From the NCBI GenBank assembly GCA_040954595.2, contig CM082598.2, positions 310,001 to 374,000 on the forward strand: 64,000 nt of DNA, written 5' to 3'. Positions 62,404 through 64,000 of this stretch are shown here, one piece after another. The translations under genes and the position numbers were made by a program. The notes under the pieces were generated by a model. It was not told the origin of the DNA and did no database searches. It was given only the letters and a program-made list of their open reading frames with translations. How positions within the stretch are numbered: position 1 is the stretch's first letter; every line of letters starts with the position of its first letter. This DNA is from Balanoglossus misakiensis. Its lineage: Eukaryota; Animalia; Hemichordata.

Positions 62404-64000
62404 TATTTAATTATAGTATACCAGTAGCACTAGTCTGCGACACTTGCTTGTCCGTTTTTAGCTGTGAACAACAGATTCGGACCAAACCGTGAAAGGTGAT
62501 GAATAGGTTAAATAACTCTTAGCATGCATGTGACCTTTGCATATTAACCGAAAGTTGTGTGCATCATCATATACCCACAGGTCAGAAACAGCGTGAAATT
62601 CAGCGGATGGGGATCTCACACTGTTTAGATGCTGACACATGAGTAAGGTTCGGTCAAGTAAACATCCCATAATACCCACCCTGTGTTGTTAATTGCTCTG
62701 AGCAGACAGCATGCAGTGGTAGGCAACAATTGAACTTGCAATCTCATGGGAAAGTACCATGCTGCGAAGATGATACAACTGGTGTCCTGCCAAGTCAATC
62801 ACAGACTTTCTTTGAATGTAACATTAGAGTCAAGGCAGGGTGTACTTTTACAATACAACCCTCGTTGACCGTGACATAGATGTTCAGCCAATAGAGAAAC
62901 ATGAACTGTGATTGACTTCGAGGGGATGCTACATACATGGACATTTTTGTCTCAGCAGCAGACGGCTATGAGCTACAAGTTCAATGTGTAATGTAGAGCA
63001 GAGAATTATAGGTAGACTAGATTGGCTGGACTCCATGCAACGCTGTAAAAGCTATATTTCAACTTTGGAAATTTATTTTAAAGTGTGGCATAGTAAATAT
63101 TCGAACTCCCCTAAAATGATGTCAGAGTCATTTTTATTCAGTTTTAGATAGGTATCCATAGAAACCTAAGTGGTGAGTTTGACATATTTTGCCAATTGGG
63201 ATGTACGTGCCAGTTTCATGGTCGGTCAGATTGGCCCCCAGAAAAAGCCGACTTCTATGCTCTGCAACTCAGTCAAGATGAATCCACATACCGTAATACA
63301 GAAAAAATGTTTCAAACTCCTGACAGACACGTGATTAATGAGAACATACTCTCTGGTAGATCTTCGCTGCATACTTTTGTAATGACAAAAACAGGTCACA
63401 GTGCAATGAATCATGAACTGAAAACAGACAGTGTCGTAGATGTGTGTTTAGTTAATAATGATGCTAATTTTGAAGGAGTGATACATGGTTTTAATGTGAT
63501 TAAAGTCATCAGCCCATTTAATTAGCAGTAAATTTATTTGCAATGAACAAACAGAAACTAATCAAATTATGGCCACTACGTATCCAGCTATGGCGAGTAT
63601 TAACATACAGTAATGATTGTCTGGAAAGTATTGCTATTACATGACGAAACCAACAGATGTTGATGAAGTATCTACATTTCAGAAATGAGCATCGACTTTT
63701 CAGACATATACTGCATATGTGTCCAGTTAATTTCCGTTTCTGTATACTACGGAACCATAAAACACAAAAATATGGAAAACTTTGCTGAAGATCTTTGCAG
63801 ATGTAACAGGGAGAAGTGAGGGAATTGAACATAATTAGTGTGTGACATAGGTCTGACCATAGGTATTTAAAGGGCAGCAATTTTTCCCCCACAATCGAGA
63901 TGGATTACTATTCCAAATCCATACTCAGGGAAATCTAAAAACAAAATCAAACAGGATAATTGGCCTCGCTGTATGCTCCGTCTGTCTGAGAATTCTTTGC

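Noticed and set aside
49700-64000. Further PDE3 exons or nested genes among the short ORFs
   Set aside because: No PDE3 exon-2 motif (e.g. EAHGLITD-like) or other recognisable protein was found; small exons could have been missed.

Overview
AT-rich genomic DNA from an animal, probably a marine invertebrate (inferred from spliced genes, a U12 intron and a GalEa-type Copia element; taxon not determined). Bases 1-26896 are an 88-bp satellite array with higher-order structure, split into two sequence domains by an inserted 254-bp-repeat element. A decayed L2/CR1-type LINE fragment follows, then a compact gene block: a 6-exon cytosolic sulfotransferase (+), SNRPE/SmE (+, 5 exons, U12-type first intron), an aerolysin/ETX-MTX2 (LIN-24-like) pore-forming protein with an intronless CDS (-), a ~185-bp tandem repeat built from exon/intron-like units, and exon 1 of a PDE3 phosphodiesterase (+). 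The rest appears to be PDE3 intron 1 and holds an intact Copia element with identical LTRs plus several MITEs. The most unusual signal is the 254-bp repeat family, which occurs twice. One copy is flanked by a 36-bp direct repeat and carries a 2.1-kb minisatellite. The other shows a possible ~42-bp duplication and marks a homogenisation boundary in the satellite. All calls were made by eye, with no database searches.
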